Source: Cetorhinus maximus (Eukaryota). From it: 64,000 nt of DNA. The notes beneath the pieces were generated by a model. The model saw only the letters and a list, made by a program, of their open reading frames with translations, was not told where the DNA came from and ran no database searches. The DNA is taken from positions 94,488,001-94,552,000 of the forward strand of contig NC_135896.1 of NCBI RefSeq assembly GCF_964194155.1. Reading direction: 5' to 3'. The translations under genes were made by a program, and so were the position numbers. How positions within the stretch are numbered: the stretch's first letter is position 1; every line of letters starts with the position of its first letter. This document shows, piece after piece, positions 49,201-61,500 of the stretch.

Positions 49201-52200
49201 ATCCATAGTTGGCAATTGATGCCCTGGTCCGAAACCTAATCTGAACTTTTGCAGGACTTCTTCCTATGTGTTTGGCTCCCATGTTGACCTCAAGACTGGC
49301 TGCACCACCCTCGCCTTCTATAATCATCTCTGGTCCCTCACTCTAGCACCTGGAGGCATGAAAACATCTGGGAGAGTCAGTCTGGATGGCAAAATGTAGC
49401 ATTAATCTCTCTTCACTGTCATGTAACCTCTCAATGAACATACAAAATTGACAGGGACAATAAGACCAGAAGGTCTATCAAACCATTGCCATACCATAAT
49501 AGTGGTAGCATCATAACAAGACACTATACTCCCACCAACACCCACCCAAAGCCATGTCACCTTGAGGAGAGGCAAAAAAAAAAGAACCAGGCCAATAATG
49601 GAAAAGTACTCCAGGAGATTCCTTTTTGCCTTGCTCAGGCGATCAATCTAGGACATCTGTTATTTATAAATCTACTTGTCCTCTATATGATGCAATCTCT
49701 TTCCTCATCATTAATTTAATGAGTTGAGGGAAGTTGCCTTTCCTAATTAAATTACTGAAGCCTCCACCCCTCCCCCACCAAGCCATCTTATGTTTTCTGG
49801 TGCTATCATAATGCATTTGATGATCCGGCTCAGAACTCTCATTTTCCCAATAGGATGCCATTGTGACAGGTTTGTTGGAGAGCGTTATTTGCTCTGGGAG
49901 TTCCTGCCATAGCAACCCCACCCAACCTCACTTTCCTTGACCCATGGATAGCCCTCTACCACTGTCTGTTCCTTATCTCCCAGCGAGATGACTCCTTCCT
50001 GAAACTCTAGCCCCAGAAACTGCTTTCCCTCTTTGTCATGTCAGGATCTTCCCCAACTCCCCATCAAAAGTTGATTGCATTCAGAAAGGATTTCTTACCA
50101 AACTCCATTGCCAGCGAATGCAAGATGTTTGTTCAGGTAGAAGTTGGATAAACTAGGGATGTCTCAATCATATTTTCTACTTTGCCTGCTTTCTTGCTTG
50201 CATTGGTTCCTCAATACCTCATCCAGGTGGCCGTGATTCATTCAAACTGAAGAAGGGCAGGAGAAACATCTGGATTCATGAACTCGTAACCTATCCACTT
50301 CTGTTCAGACATGGTACAGCCACATACATCACTGCTTACTCTGCCTCATGTGATCTCCCGGCAGGTGCAAGAATATCAGAGACTAATTTCGGAAAACCCC
50401 TCAGAAGTTTTTCTCTGATCTCTAAGCTAGCACGTAGACCATGAATCTCAGTATTTTCAGTAACATCACATCTTTACCATGTCACTGTAGAGTGACTGTT
50501 GGGCATCATTGGTCCGGCAAGCTTCAGTAATCAGGTGCAGAGGGCATGGCTAAAAGGAAATACAGATAAGCTAACCTTATTTTCTTTACACATTTTACCT
50601 GGATGACCTCCAGTTCTGCCATCTCTAGCACTCTCAACTAACCTATCTGCCTGGACAAAATATAATTTCACCATCATTTGAAAAACATTGACCACCTCTA
50701 CTCTAACCCAGCATTATTGTAATGAAAGTATCTCCAATTGATCCAATGCTGGGAACTAAGCCCTAACACAGGGCCTAATTCAGTTCACCCTCTTCTGTAT
50801 CTTCCCCAGTGTGTTTTGTGTAAGACTTGGCTAAGTGAGACTAATAGTGGTAGCATGGTGTCACCTCATGTCCCACACATGCACCTCCAGCTGTCTGGAT
50901 GATCAGGAGTGGCATACATACCTGGTTATTTTGTTCTTCTCTTACCCAAGATTACTGAGGTCAATTATAGTGCCTACAAGAACTAGGGGACACAATTTTA
51001 AATAAGCGGTGTCACATTTAAGATGGAGATGAGGAGAATTTTTTTTCTCTCAGAGGGTCGTGAGTCTGTGGATTTCTCTTTCCCAGAGAGCAGGGGAGGC
51101 AGTGCTGTTGAAGATTTTTAAGTTTGAGTTAGACAGATTCTTGATTGTCAAGTGAATCAAAGGGTATAGAGGTTAGACAGGAAAGTGGAGTTGAGGCCAC
51201 AATCAGATCAGCATTCTTATCAAATAGCAAAGCAGGCTTGAAGGGCTGAATGGCCTACTCCTGCTCCTAATTTGTCTGTTTGTATGTTAACTTCTCCTCT
51301 GTGAAATTGAGGCAGATCTATTTGTCAGTCATAGATTGATGAGATTCAAGTACTTACGGTTGTCAGCCTGGAGTTATCACCCCTCTTGTAAGTGCAAATA
51401 CAGCAACACCCTTGCTGCCTGTTGAATACGTTTCTAACAGGGCTTGTGCATAAACTTTGCGTCCTGTTTGTTTCCACACACTTTCTCTTATAACCGAAAG
51501 AGTTCCCTAATGAATTGAGGAATCACAAAACGTTTTGATAAGAAATGAGAGAGACTTGAATTGTTTGCGCCCAGATGTGCACAGAAGGCCCATTCCAAGC
51601 CGACAGATAGTGAACAGGTCACTGTTTCCACCAGCCAAGTTTTGGCAGATTATCCTGGAAAGTAAACAGTGTAAAAAATGGATTGACCAGTCTAAAATAA
51701 TATCTTTTTAGACGCCTTGTCTGTTTGTAACTATTCTAGAGTAGGATCACATAGAATTGTGCAGAGTCTGAAGCACAAAAACAGGCCATTCAGCAACGTG
51801 TCTGTGTGGGCGTTTATGTTCCACACAAGCCTCCTCTTACTCTTTGCCACATAAGCCTGATTAATTCTTGCCAAGAAGATCCAAAATAGTCAAGTTTGAC
51901 TTTTCACATTGGTGGGTTAAGCAACGTCAATCACTATTTGAGGAAATTCCTTATCTTACTGTATTTTTAGACTCTGAAATCACCTTGTGACTAATTGTGG
52001 TGTAGCAGTGGTTTCTGTAGCACAAGCTAAGGTATCCTCCAGCATCAAATATAATTACATTTAGATTTCATGATTTTAGAAATAATGGATGATGTGTTTC
52101 AAAATAATGAGTTCAGGTGGAAATCATCTCTCCTCAATTAATTAAATGATAGATAATTGGTTTATTGAAAAATCATCCTAGCGACAGGTGCTGAATTGTG

Positions 52201-54059
52201 ATGATGATAAAAGTAGTCATAATTCTTAACATAGTTTTAGGCAATCATTAAAATAAAAATAAAGTGTAAAATGATAAAAGGATTGCACAATTATGAACAT
52301 TTCAGTATATAAATAATTGCAATATATTGCAAAATGTAGGTCTCCTTAATTTACAGAATAAAAATAAAAGCTCTAACACACTCTCTATTTTGTTTTAAAG
52401 TCTGCAGATCATTTGTTGTTAGATTGAGTTAATTAAGTTCTCAATTATTTACATGCTATTTATGAGTTTTAAAAAGTAGGGATTGGGCTATCTCATAGTC
52501 TATTAGTTCTATATCTTATTTGTGGAATGGTATATTTTCTCCTTAATTCCATCGCACATTTACTTTTGTGTGGTTGTGCTGAGAGATGGGGCAATGGAAG
52601 GTGGGATTCAAGAGTTTTCTTGTGAAGTCCAGGCAGAGCTTTTTCCACCTTTTAGTAAGGGAACACATATTCAGTTGATTGATTGTGGCAGAGTAGCTTT
52701 GGTACTCACTACCTTGGATCAGTTTCAGTGCTTGTTTCTGACTGCCTTCAAGCTTGATCCCATGCGTTTTGGTAAGTCCAGCATTCTAAACCGACGCTGC
52801 TAATTCAACAATGAGTCTTACATAACTATTAAACGCAGTGAATAGGTGTTGAGATATGCTGTGATGTTTGAGAAGACGTGGCGTGTGAAGTCTTCCATTT
52901 CTTAAGTATTTCACGCACTTCGTAATCCCATGTGAGATCACTTTGAATGTGGATTCCTAATAGTTTAATGCATGGTTATTGCGCAGTCTCAACATTGCCT
53001 ATGTTGATGAGAGGAGGATCGGACGGTTGTGCATGAAACACAATTCCAACGCGTTGCACTTTTGGGTGTTCAGTCTCATGGCTAGAGTATGACTGTCTAT
53101 AATCCACAGGTAGAGTCTTTGATCTGCAGTTTGGCCAGGATGTTTCAGCTTAGTTTTAGGACTAACCGGAGTTGGGACTAATTCCAGCAACCGCAGTATT
53201 TTCTTTTGTCTCATTGTATTCTTTGGTATTCACTTCATGTCCAAGCCAGGTGGTTTTTAGTATGTTGTTTCTTAAAAATAGTGCTAAAAATGTCTCTAGC
53301 TAATCCAATGAAAGCATTTTCTGAGCTCATGAGCTCATGCTGATTTTTGTTTTGTATCTCAGCACAAGTGACTGTAACCCGCCCACCTTTAATAAATAAC
53401 CCTCAGGAATTTATCAGTCCAGAGGCAATTGCCTTTGCCTGTCTGCTGTTGTAATTGTTGCTGATCAAGAGCCTTATCATGTGACTGTCTGGATTTCAAA
53501 ATCAGAAATAATGTGCTGTCTTCTTGTTGTGACTAGCCAGTAGATAATGCTGTCATTCAACTTTGGCGACGTGCACAGCACATTTCCAAAAATGGTCATG
53601 CGTTATTTCCAGACAGTGCTGAGATAATTGGTCTCCAGTAGGCTGGATTGCACGCGGTGCAGTGCTATTTGCACTAATGTCCAGATGGATAGTGTTTGGT
53701 GTGAATCGTGAATACGATTTTGTTTTGAACAAGAGTGTGTCTGGAAAGGCGAATTGCCATCTTTCTATTGGTGATATTTTCTGGGCGCCCGGAGCAGGGA
53801 GGGCAGTTTGTGTGAACTTTGTGGAAATCTTAAAGCACACCAAGAGAGGAAAGCATGGATTCTTGTGCTGCCAGTCCCCACATTTCTTTCACTTCCTCAT
53901 TGAAGCGAATTAACAAAGGACTGGTAACAGACTAATGTCAGATTGTTCACATGCCCCGAACCAGCTCTATTACGCTAGCACCATAATTGGGGAAACAGCC
54001 ATACAGCACAGTTTCAGAAGTTACCTACCAAAGTATTTACCTATAACAGGTAGATGTGG

Positions 54060-54425
54060 CCTCTGAAGTCTTGGTTGACTCTCCCAGTGCAGTACTGAGG
54101 GAATGTTGCACTTTCAGAGGTGCAGCCTTTTGGATGCGACATTAAACCGAGGCCCATTCTGCCCTCTCAACAGGACGTGAGAGATCCCACAGCACCCGAA
54201 GAGCCATGGAGTCCTCGCTGGTGTCCTGGGCCAACATTTGACTCTCAAGAACCATCACTACAAATACAGATTATCATTGCTGTTTGTGGGAGCTTGCTGT
54301 GCGCAAATTGACTTCCAGGTTTCCTGCATTACAACAGTGACTACACTTCAAAAAGTACTCCATTGGCTGTAAAGCTCCTTGGGGCATCTTAAGGTTGTGA
54401 AAGGTACTATGGAAATGCATGTTTG
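54060..54425 (+). mobile_element. SacSINE1/DeuSINE-like SINE
   Basis: CCCAGTGCAGTACTGAGGGAATG...ATTGCTGTTTGTGGGAGCTTGCTGTGCGCAAATTG...ACAACAGTGACTACACTTCAAAAAGTACTCCATTGGCTGTAAAG. Confidence 0.75.
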
Positions 54426-54759
54426 TTGTGTTGTTTGTGTGAAGTGTGATAAAGGTCCAAAGTGTGTGCTTTCTCACAAAAGACAGATTCGGAAACAATG
54501 CTGCAGTGGCTGTACGCATTCCCTTCCATGCATGATCCCATAGCACTATTGGGAGGAGCAGCAGTGGCCCTCTGGGGTCTTGGCCAATGCTTATCCCTCA
54601 ACCAACACCACAAAAACAAATTAGCAACTGTGTATCTTAATATTTTCAGTAATTTCACATTCGTATGTTTGTATCTCATCTCAGTCCCTGTAGAATAACT
54701 GTAGGGCACCCATAGACACTGTCCACTTCAGTAATCTGATCCAGAGGACATGGCTATAA

Positions 54760-56350
54760 AGGAGTAACAACAACTTGTATTTATATAGTGTTTTAATGTG
54801 ATAAAATGTCCCAAGGTATTTTATAAGAGAACATAAAACAAAATTTGACACTTAAGGATGTATTAAGACAGATGACCAAAAGCATGGTCAAAGTAAGTTT
54901 TGGGTATGTGTCTTAAAGGAGAGGCCTAGGGAGGGAAATGCAGAGTGTGGCACCTAGGCAGCTGAAGACACGGCCACCAATGGCGGAGCGATTAAACTTA
55001 GAGGTGCTCAAGAGGTCAGAATTAGAAGAATGGAGAAATCTTGGAGGATTTTAGGGCTGGAGGAGCTTACGGATTTGGGAGGTGCAAGGCCATGGAGAGA
55101 TTTGAAAACATGAATGATCATTTTAAAAAATGAGGCATTTTTGGACTCACCAACGTAGGTGAGCAAGCATGGGGTGTTGGTTACGAGTTAGGGACTTGGT
55201 GCAAGTGAGGACAAAGGCAGCAAAGTTTTGAATGAGCTCGAGGTTATGTAGGAAAAAGTTGGGAGACAGGCCAGGAGAGCATTGGAATGGTGAAGTCTAG
55301 AGGGTACTAAAGCAAGGATGAAGGTTTCAGCAGCAGATCAGCTGAGGCAGGGGCGGAGTGAGATGATGTTACTGGGTGGAAATAGGTGGTCTTAGTGATG
55401 GCGTGGATATGATCAGGAGATCATCTCGGGGTCAAATATAACACCAAGGTAACAAACAGTCTGGTTCAGCCTCAGACAGTTGCTAAAGAGAGGGATGCAG
55501 TCAGTAGCTATGGATTAGGGTATGTGATGGGAACTGAAGACAGTTGTTTCAGTCTCCCTATGATTAGTTGGGGGAGATTTCTGCTCCTCGAGTGCTGGAT
55601 GTTGGACAAGCAGTCTGACAATTCGGAAGACTTAGAGTAAAGGGTTAACATCAGAAGGATAGATGATGCTGATGTAATAATGATGTCAGATCATATGGCT
55701 GAGAAGTAAGAGATCTGGAAGAGAGAGAAGTCTCAACCGCATGTGGAAGTCCAAATGTGTAAATACTCACTGCTAATAATGAGTTAAGGTTAAAGAAGCT
55801 ACAGACTCATTTGGGAGACTAGACAATCCCAAAACACCATCTAAACCCCTACCAGACAACAAAACAGAGGACAACATACCTTCGAATTTTTTTTGTAGTG
55901 CTCAGTTGATTTGTTAAAGTGCAATGACCCTTTAATTTTCTTGCCCAGCTGCGTGTGCACATTAAAGTAAAGAGGCCAACTTTTGCATGGCTTGCACAGG
56001 TGCCTTTAGCTTAGAGGGACCGTTGGTGGAGAGCTTGAGAGAGGTGGTAGTGAAGTAAAGCTGGGGGTCACCTGTGTACATGGGGTAACTAATGCTGCGT
56101 TTTCGGATGATGTCACCAAGGGACAGCATGTAGGTGACAAATAGGAGGGGCCCAAGGATAGATCCTTGGGGGACACCAGCAATACAGGAGCTGGAAGAGA
56201 AGCCATTGTAAGTGATAATCTGATTATGACTGGTTAGATAAGAATGGAATCTGGTGGAGGATAGTGAGGTTAATCGTGTCAAAGGTAGGTTGACAAGCAT
56301 GAGGAGGGATGGTTACCATAGGAAGCCATTTGGGACTTTGCTGAAGGCTG
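54760..56350 (-). mobile_element. L2-type LINE remnants
   Basis: Minus-strand peptide GVPQGSILGPLLFVTYMLSLGDIIRK..YTGDPQLY (degenerate YADD). An ACAACAACTTGTATTTATATAG tail lies at ~54765. Confidence 0.78.
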
Positions 56351-56363
56351 TGACTGCTAAAGG

Positions 56364-56665
56364 CACCTCTCCAATCTTCACCCACACCCCACACTCAATC
56401 AGACTCTACCCCACCTCTCCAATCTTCACCCACACCCCACACTCAGTCAGACTCTACCCCACCTCTCCAATCTTCACCCACGCCCCACATTCAATCAGAC
56501 TCCACCCCACCTCTCCAATCTTCACCCACATCCCACATTCAATCAGACTCTACCCCACCTCTCCAATCTTCACCCACATCCCACATTCAATCAGACTCTA
56601 CCCCACCTCTCCAATCTTCACCCACATCCCACATTCAATCAGACTCTACCCCACCTCTCCAATCT
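56364..56665 (+). repeat. 48-bp minisatellite, ~6.3 copies
   Basis: Unit CACCTCTCCAATCTTCACCCACA(C/T)CCCACA(C/T)TCAATCAGACTCTACCC starting at 56364, 56412, 56460, 56508, 56556, 56604 and 56652. Confidence 0.95.
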
Positions 56666-56752
56666 CCTTAAAACCTCAGAATGGTTATGGCACAGAGGAG
56701 GCCATTTGGCCCATTGTGTCTGCACTAGCTCCTCAAATGAGCTATACACCTA

Positions 56753-57357
56753 GGGAAAAATAATGCCCCCGTTGTGGGGGGTTGCCTGGGGACAGGCGGG
56801 GGTAGCTCGCCTATCATGACGCTCGCCTGGAATAACTGAGTGGGTGTGGGGGGATTCCCTGAGTCCGGGCCTGAGTGAAGAGCGCAGAAATCTCCTTGAG
56901 TCACAGGGGTGCCTCAGGCAGATCAGTTTGACAGTTAAAACCTGAAATAAAGCATTTAAAAACTTTTAAAACATGTCCCCTCATGTGTCACATGAGCTGG
57001 GACATGTCCAAGAATTATTTTTAAAATTTTTATTGAATTTTAAAACCCTTCATGAAACCTGATCCAGCCCGTGGATGAGGTTTCATGAAAAATGCGAAGG
57101 CCGCCTGGGCTCTTCGCCTGCCCCCCCGCCAACCTTAAGGCTGGACGGGCAGCTCATTTAATTGCTTTAATTAGTTTTTAACAGGTCTTAATAGGCCTTT
57201 GACAGTTCAGCGGACATGCAGCCGACTTGGCTGTGTGCCCACTGAACTGGAAATCTAAATGACGTGCAGTGACATCGGGACGCACACCCAATGTCACCGC
57301 GTATCATTTTACGTGTTGGTGAGTGGGCCTCCACTCGCCGACCGGAGAATTCAGCCC
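56753..57357. mobile_element. Related PIF/Harbinger-like MITE, opposite orientation
   Basis: 3-bp TSD CTA at 56750-56752 and 57358-57360; ends GGAGAATTCAGCCC. Shares CCAACCTTAAGG and CAGCTCATGTGACAC blocks with 25314-25829. Confidence 0.72.
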
Positions 57358-58320
57358 CTAGTGCCATGCCCCCACTTTCTGCCTATAATCCTGCACATTC
57401 TCCCTTTTCAGATAACAATCCTTTTGAATGCCTCGATCGAATCTGCCTCCACCACACTCTGAGGCAGCACATTGCAGATCCTAACCACTCGCTGCATGAA
57501 AAAGTTTCTCCTCATGTCTCCATTGCTTCTTTTGCAAATTACCTTAAATCTGTGCCCTTTCATTCTCTATCCTTCCACCAATGGGAGTGGTTTCTCCCTA
57601 TCGATTCTGTCCAGACCCCCATGTTCAACATATCTAAGCACAGACCTTGTGTGTATGTGGTTCAGTGATTTATCTGAGCTGGAATGTTATTATTCCACCT
57701 CTAACCTGTGCTCTTTGTGAGTTTGAGTCAATACATTTTTATTAATTTACAACTTGATCAGTTAGATAGAATGGGAACTGTGACACAGAAAAATGGATCG
57801 TGTATGAATTTGAACAAGGCACTGCCTGGTCAATTAACTCATTGCTGTAGGCTAGACCTTGCTGAACCTAAATTGGGTATTCCCATATTTTCCTGTAGAA
57901 TAATAGTGAGAACACTTCGGAAAGCAATTCCGCGACTCGTTAAAGGTGCTATATAAATACAAGTTCTGTATCAAATCATCTCTTGTTTCTTTCTAAGTGC
58001 AGTAAATGACATTGAAATGTGTCACCCTGTCACTTTCAAGTGATGGTGCAATGCTAAAAATGAAGCACGAATCTCCTGGTCCTTGCCCGCACAAGCGACA
58101 AAAAGAATAAATCCAAAAAAATTATTTGATCAAGCCTCTAAGTTGTCTGGTCCTTGCAAAATACCCCTCAGATCCAAGTATCTCACTGTTTACTGTGCAA
58201 CGTGTGAAAGACTGTTGTGTACTTCTGATTTTCTTGCCAGTTTAATTCCACAGCCATCAGACAACACCTGCTGGTCAAAAACTCTACCTTAAATGTCCTG
58301 CAGGCAAACATTACTCAGGA

Positions 58321-58410
58321 TTAGTCATCCTGACTGCACCCAAGGTGTGGAGGGGGCGGGTGACTCGACAGCATATCTCAATGAGGCACTTCCGGAGGTA
58401 TTTAAAGTTT
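58321..58410 (+). promoter_or_regulatory. Proximal promoter of the PLEK2-like gene
   Basis: AP-1-like TTAGTCA (58321), GC box GGGGGCGGG (58352-58360), ETS CACTTCCGG (58387-58395) and TATA-like TATTTAAA (58399-58406), the last ~70 bp before the ATG. Confidence 0.6.
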
Positions 58411-58472
58411 AGTTCAGTGTTTTAGTAGTTCAGTGCTGAATACAGAGAGAATCTGGACATTTAGCAGTCAAC

Positions 58473-58520
58473 ATGCAAGGAGAAACAGCCCTATCAAGGG
58501 AGGGATTCTTGGTCAAAAGG
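58473..58520 (+). CDS. PLEK2: PLEK2-like coding exon 1
   Basis: aacATGCAA...GTCAAAAGG|gtaagc; MQGETALSREGFLVKR. Confidence 0.9.
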
Positions 58521-61500
58521 GTAAGCGAACCTTCTTCATTATAAACTGCATATCTCATTTCAACCAGTAAAGTGAGTTACCGTAACAAAAACAAAAATAC
58601 CTGGAAAAACTCAGCAGTTCTGTTGAAGGGACTCGAAACGTTAACTGTGCTCCTCCCCGCAGATGCTGCCAGACCTGCTGAGTTTTTTTCCAGGTATTTT
58701 TGTTTTTGTTTTGGATTTCCAGCATCCGCAGTGTTTTGCTTTTATCTTGGTGAGTTACCGTGTTTGCTTCTAATGGTGCCGTGAAAAGTTTGAGAACATT
58801 TTCAGTACTGTAAAGTCTGTAAAAATTCTGTCGCATAAAAACAATTAAGCATTTCAGACTGAAATACTTTGGGGCCCTGTTTCTGCCCACAGTGTTGCTT
58901 ATCCTAATGTACGTAACAATTTAGGTATCTGCAAGGTTAGGAAATTCACCCGGTGTTTTCTCTGCCTGTGTGTTTCTAAGCACCTCTCCAACGTCACCTT
59001 TGTCTGAGATGAGAGACTCCTGTATCTTCCTGCTGTTCTGCTGTTTCCACGATGTAGCACTGAGGCCACCAACATCTTGTGCTTTCTTGAACAGAGGTAC
59101 TAAATCACAGGATGGAGAGAAAGTAAAGTGCTTATGTTTTGGAAACCTCCATCTATCCAGCTGCTGGCCTCTGTTCAGGAGGAAAAGACATTTTCATGCG
59201 GCTGCTGTTACCATCTGCATAATAAATGTTAAATAATGAAATTCTAGCTATGCTAAAGACCAATGATTCAAAATACCACATGGTTTGAAATAAAATGCCT
59301 ACCGGCACTAATATCTTTTACTTAAAAAGCATAGTTTTACTGATGTTTGGGGACTCAGATGATACATAGGAAAACAACTTAGTAGTAGATTTAGAAATGA
59401 TTTGGCCAACACATTTTCTTGGAACTCCTGTACCTCAAAATTTGGCACTACACCCTTGATAAAGAATTGTCCTAATGTTATCAAAATTCAATGCTGATGC
59501 TAATGAGGTATGTTTTCTTGTGTAAAACTGAATATGGTCTGCAAACGTTTGCAATGGTCTTGTGTGGCATTTAAGGGCAATTCTGCTGCATAGGGATTGA
59601 TCTCAAGAAGATTTGATGATGAATGTTTAATTTCAGGGTCACGTTGTTCACAACTGGAAAGTGCGATGGTTCATATTGTCCAAGGACCAGCTTCTCTACT
59701 ATAAAATAGAGGGGGCAAAGAGAGAGACTCGTCCCAGACGTATCATTTCTCTGGAAGGATGTACTCTCCACTGCCCCTGTCTGGATTATGCAAACAGGCC
59801 GGTGAGAATTATAAAGCATGTTTGTGTGTTAATAAAATAATAAAGCATGTTTGTGTGTTCATAAAATTATAAAACATATTTCTGTACTATATGCTAATGA
59901 ATTTGTTTCTTTCAACTGTACAATTTTACAGTTGGATTTAAGATTCCATTTGCACCATCCTTTTCTGATATTCTCTTTATTGTTCGATAACTTTACAATT
60001 CCTGACTGATTTCCCTTTGCCCGTAACTCCCAGGGTCACTTCAGGCCATTGCATCATCTCTATTACCATTTCAACCGAGGTTAGCTAACAGCATAGACAT
60101 CAAGTCTGGAACTGCTTGATCTGTTTGACGTTGTTTTACACAGCATGTGGCATTTAGGCAACTAACAAAACTGAGTTCCCTCAAAGTTGTTTTAAGGAAT
60201 GCAAAGCACACATTTAAAAAATACTCAATACTTTCATGGGATGTGAGTGTCACTGGCATTGGTTGTCCATCCCTCATTGCCCCTGAACTGAGTGGTCTGA
60301 GGGCATTTCAGTTGTTACAGTATCAGTTTAATTTGTTCATGAAATGTGGGAGTGTTTGGCAAGGCCATCATTCCTAATTGCCCTTGAGAAGATGGTGATG
60401 AGCCGTCTTCTTTAACCACTGCAATCTGTGTGGTGCAGGTGCTGTTAGGGAAGGAGTTTCAGGATTTTGACCCAGTAAAGGGATAGAGATATACTTCTAA
60501 GTCAGGATGGTGTGTGACTCAGAGGGGAACTTGGAACTGGCTGTTTTCCCATGCGTCTGCTGCCCTTGTCCTTCTAGGTGGCAGTGGTCGTGGGTTTGGA
60601 AGGTGCTGTCTAAGGAGTCTTGCTGAGTCATTGCAGTGCATCTTGTATATGGTACACACTGCTGCCACTGTGCATCGGTAGTGGGTGGGTGCCAATCAAG
60701 TGGACTGCTTTGTTCTTTGTGATGTTGAACCCCTTGAGTGTTGGAGCTGCACTCATCCAGACAGGTGGAGAGTATTCTATCACACTCCTGGCTTGTGGTC
60801 CAGTGACGTTTTTGGTCAATGGAAACTCTCAGGGTGTTGATGGTGGGGGAGTTCAGTGATGGCAATGCTGTTGAATGTCAAGGGGAAGTGTTTAGACTCT
60901 CTCTTGTCGGAAAACGTTGTCACAGAGAACAAGTGTTTTACATTCAGACTTGATTCTATGTTTACCTATTTTCCAGCTGGTGATTAAATTGAAGACAAAG
61001 AACTCTGTTGAGCATTTCCTTGAAGCTTCTTCCCGTGAGCAGCGAGATTCCTGGGCTGCAGACATTCAAAAAATGATTAAAGCTTCTAACCCAGATCACC
61101 AAGAGCAACAGAAGTCTTCAAACGTGCACTTCGAAATACCAGCAAACATTTACCTCAGGTAAGTGTTGTTGCTCTGTTTGACAATCTGTTAATATGTCTT
61201 GTCTCTTTTCCCTGAGAATTTTCTCCTTCCTGTTTGTAAACTGTTAACTTATTCCAGAGTATAGTTCTACTTGGGGCGACAGTTCTGTAATGGCTCATCC
61301 AAATGGCCATTCTATTAATGCAAGACTGGACAGTGAATGCCAATTTAACCACATGGCATATGATGGACAAGCTTGATTCTGTCTTCATCCAATATCTACA
61401 CACATGTTCCAGCTGGAGTCACTACAATAGGAATTACAGAATCATAGAATCTTGCAGAAGGAGGCCATTCAGTCCATAGTTTCCGTGCCAGCTCTTTGAA

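Noticed and set aside
56254-56763. 169-aa ORF with TSPIFTHxPHSIRLYP repeats
   Set aside because: Open only because the 48-bp minisatellite is a multiple of three and lacks stops; it is flanked by LINE remnants.
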